From the NCBI RefSeq assembly GCF_028368995.1, contig NZ_JAQNDL010000001.1:2400001-2464000 (forward strand): DNA of 64,000 nucleotides. The letters are read 5' to 3'. Made by a program: the position numbers and the translations under genes. Source of the stretch: Nannocystis bainbridge. GTDB lineage: Bacteria > Myxococcota_A > Polyangia > Nannocystales > Nannocystaceae. The notes beneath the pieces are model-generated. The model saw only the letters and a list, made by a program, of their open reading frames with translations. It had not been told where the DNA came from and searched no databases. This document shows, piece after piece, positions 60,450 to 64,000 of the stretch (position 1 is its first letter; every line of letters starts with the position of its first letter).

Positions 60450-61819
60450 GTGAACCTGCCTCTCACCTACCTGGCCTTCGCGCCAGCTGTGGATTCCGTA
60501 TTTGAAGCATTGACCCAAAACGTCGCCGGCCTGGCGATCGTCGGCTCGCTCACCATCGGCCTGGGGGTGCTGCTCCTGCTGATGCTGGTCAAGAACTTCC
60601 TCTACCTCTGTCACCCGAACGAGGCGCTGATCTTCACCGGCCGCAAGCGCGTCAAGGACGGCGTCGACCTCGGCCCGCTGGTGATCCTCGGCCGCGGCGT
60701 CGTCGGTCAACCGCCCGAGCACCACGGCTGCGGCAAGGGCCGCGCCTGGCGGATCCCCGTGCTCGAGCTCGTCGACCGCCTCGACATGTCGGCGATGTCG
60801 ATCGACGTCTACGTGCAAAACGCCTACTCGTCCGGCAACATCCCGCTCAAGATCCACGCGATCGCCAACGTCAAGATCAGCCCCCACCCGCGGCTGATCC
60901 GCAACGCGATCGAGCGCTTCCTCGGCCGCTCCACCTCGGAGATCCAGCAGGTCGCGCGCCAGACCCTCGAGGGCGCGCTGCGCGAGGTGTTGGCGCAGAT
61001 GACCCCCGAGGCCGTCAACCACGACCGGCTCGAGTTCGCCAACAACCTGGCCAAGAGCGCCCAGGACGACCTCGACAAGCTCGGCTTGCAGCTCGACACC
61101 CTCAAGATCCAGCACGTCGCCGACGAGACCGGCTACCTCGACTCGCTGGGCCGGCCGCAGATCGCCGCGGTCCTGCGCGACGCCGAGAAGGCCGAGAGCC
61201 AGGCCCAGCAGGAGGTCACCGAGGCCCAGGCCCAGGCCAACCAGCGCGCCGAGGTGGCCAAGGCCGCGGCCGAGACCGCGATCCTGGTCAAGCGCAACGA
61301 GCTCACCAAGATCCGCGCCGAGCTCGAGGGCCGCGCCGGCGCCGTCGAGCGCGAGGCCGAGGCCGCCGCCAAGACGGCGCGCGCCGAGGCCGAGCAGGAG
61401 CTGCAGACCGTGCGCAGCCAGCTCGAGCAGAAGCGGCTCATGGCCGAGGTCATCATCCCCGCCGAGGTCGACCGGGCCGCGCGGCTGCTGCTGGCCAAGG
61501 GCGACGCCGCGCCGACGATCGAGAACGGCGCCGCGGTGGCCGAGGTCCTGCGCCTCACCAGCGAGGCCTGGCTGACCATGGGCCCGCAGGCCCGCGAGAT
61601 CTACGTCATCCAGCACCTCGAGGAGCTGCTGGCCGCGGTCCTCCAGCCGATCGAGAAGCTCAAGATCCGCGAGGTCGCCGCGCTCGACCCGGGCGACGGC
61701 AGCGCGATCGCCAGCTACGCCGCCTCTTACCCGCGCGCCGTCGCGGCGGTGCTCAGCGCCCTGCGCGAGACCACCGGCGTCGACGTCCCCGCGATCCTGG
61801 CCGGAAAGACAGGTGCCCA

Positions 61820-61823
<4 letters not shown>
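60450..61823 (+). CDS. Flotillin/SPFH domain protein 1
   Basis: PNEALIFTG, NAIERFLG and TLEGALREVLAQMTPE; AEA coiled coils; the start may be later. Confidence 0.9.
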
Positions 61824-63103
<1,280 letters not shown>

Positions 63104-63122
63104 ACTTCGATTCAAGTCCGTG

Positions 63123-63168
63123 AACCCGCGCTTCAGCTCGGCTTTGCAGCGAGCTGGCGCGGGTTTTT
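63123..63168 (+). terminator. Rho-independent terminator after the flotillin operon
   Basis: AACCCGCGC..CAGCTCG loop CGAGCTG GCGCGGGTT followed by TTT. Confidence 0.75.
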
Positions 63169-63227
63169 CGTGCCAGGAGATAAGCCTGCGAAACTGGCCG
63201 GACTTCCCGATCGATACCGAACTCACC

Positions 63228-63256
63228 TTGACATGAATCTCGGTTCACGCCAATGA
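63228..63256 (+). promoter_or_regulatory. TTGACA -35 box overlapped by a TGAA-N6-TTCA inverted repeat (candidate TetR operator)
   Basis: TTGACATGAATCTCGGTTCA immediately upstream of the TetR gene. Confidence 0.5.
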
Positions 63257-63933
63257 ACCCCCCGGTGACGCGCAGGGTCGATGGGCGGGACGACGCGCCG
63301 CGCAGCTCGCGTGGCGCGCGAGTTCGCGAGGTGGTACGGACGGAGACGCGCGCCGCATACCGCGAGGCGATCCTCGACGCGGCGACGCGGGTGTTCGGGC
63401 GGCTCGGGTTTCAGGACGCGAAGATGGCCGACATCGCCGCCGAAGCCGGCGTGGCCGCCGGCACCGTCTACAACTACTTCAAGAACAAAGAAGAGGTGTT
63501 CCGCTCGATCCTCCAGCGGACGCACGAGCTGGTCTACCAGCGCATCATGGTCCACCAGGTGCTCGAGGACCCGATCGAGCGCATGCGGGCCTCGACCCGC
63601 GAGGCCTTCACCTTCCTCGAAGAGCACGGCGCGCTGTTCCTGCTCTACGTCTCGATCGGCGGCGGCTTCGACTGGGCCCAGAAGCGGGTCGAGCAGGCCC
63701 TGATCGACGAGAACAGCGCCCGCTACTTCGCCCTCAGCGAGGCCACCCTGCGCGACGCCGCGGCGCGCGGGCAGATCCGCGGCGACCTCCCGCTCGAGCG
63801 GCTGACCGTGTTCCTCAGCGGCCTGACCGACGCGACGATCTTCTCCTGGGTGCGCTCCGGCTGCCCGCCGGGCCTGCGCACGCAAGCCGACCCCTTGATC
63901 GACTTCTTCCTCCACGGCGCGAGAGCCCCATGA
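63253..63933 (+). CDS. TetR/AcrR family transcriptional regulator
   Basis: AILDAA..F...G...DIAAEAGVAAGTVYNYFKNKEE HTH; the start may be ~63331. Confidence 0.93.
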   Translation: MNPPVTRRVDGRDDAPRSSRGARVREVVRTETRAAYREAILDAATRVFGRLGFQDAKMADIAAEAGVAAGTVYNYFKNKEEVFRSILQRTHELVYQRIMVHQVLEDPIERMRASTREAFTFLEEHGALFLLYVSIGGGFDWAQKRVEQALIDENSARYFALSEATLRDAAARGQIRGDLPLERLTVFLSGLTDATIFSWVRSGCPPGLRTQADPLIDFFLHGARAP

Positions 63934-64000
63934 CCGCACGCCTCACCATCGTCCCCCTCGTCCTCGCCGGCCTCCTCGTCGCCGCGTGTGACGGCAAAGA
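63930..64000 (+). CDS. Start of a lipoprotein (truncated by the window edge)
   Basis: ATGA overlap with the TetR stop; MTARLTIVPLVLAGLLVAAC lipobox. Confidence 0.6.
   Translation, partial: MTARLTIVPLVLAGLLVAACDGK

Overview
This is a very GC-rich window from a myxobacterium. MYXO-CTERM, ADYC, DUF2330 and Hanks-kinase/TPR proteins point to Myxococcota, plausibly Nannocystis-like, though that placement is inference. It holds about 50 real CDS and 2 tRNAs, and I saw no integrase, transposase or CRISPR. Bases 1-13.4 kb carry an alternative complex III operon (actABCDEF plus an actG-like gene) running into SCO and coxB, next to an oxidase-assembly operon (Cys-rich protein, heme O synthase, a second SCO, cytochrome c). 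Then come Ser/Thr kinases, a DUF2330 protein, three multi-domain DsbA-like genes plus TlpA, and divergent tRNA-Gly and tRNA-Asn. After these are an orphan HsdM-TRD fusion methyltransferase, a DUF4178/spermidine-synthase/flavin-oxidase cluster, an ADYC protein beside a kinase-STAND-FGE protein, tandem prolyl aminopeptidases, hemB-hit-mpg, NfeD with two flotillins, and TetR. The most striking unexplained signal is not a gene. More than 25 dispersed clusters of a palindromic decamer (about RRACAKGTCC, best form GGACATGTCC) repeat with a strict 14-bp period. They sit at gene junctions, are written in-frame into protein linkers, and are expanded into tandem arrays at about 14.55-14.79 kb, 21.24-21.56 kb (70-bp = 5x14 super-unit) and 56.32-56.40 kb. 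All family assignments come from motif recognition by eye; no searches were run.
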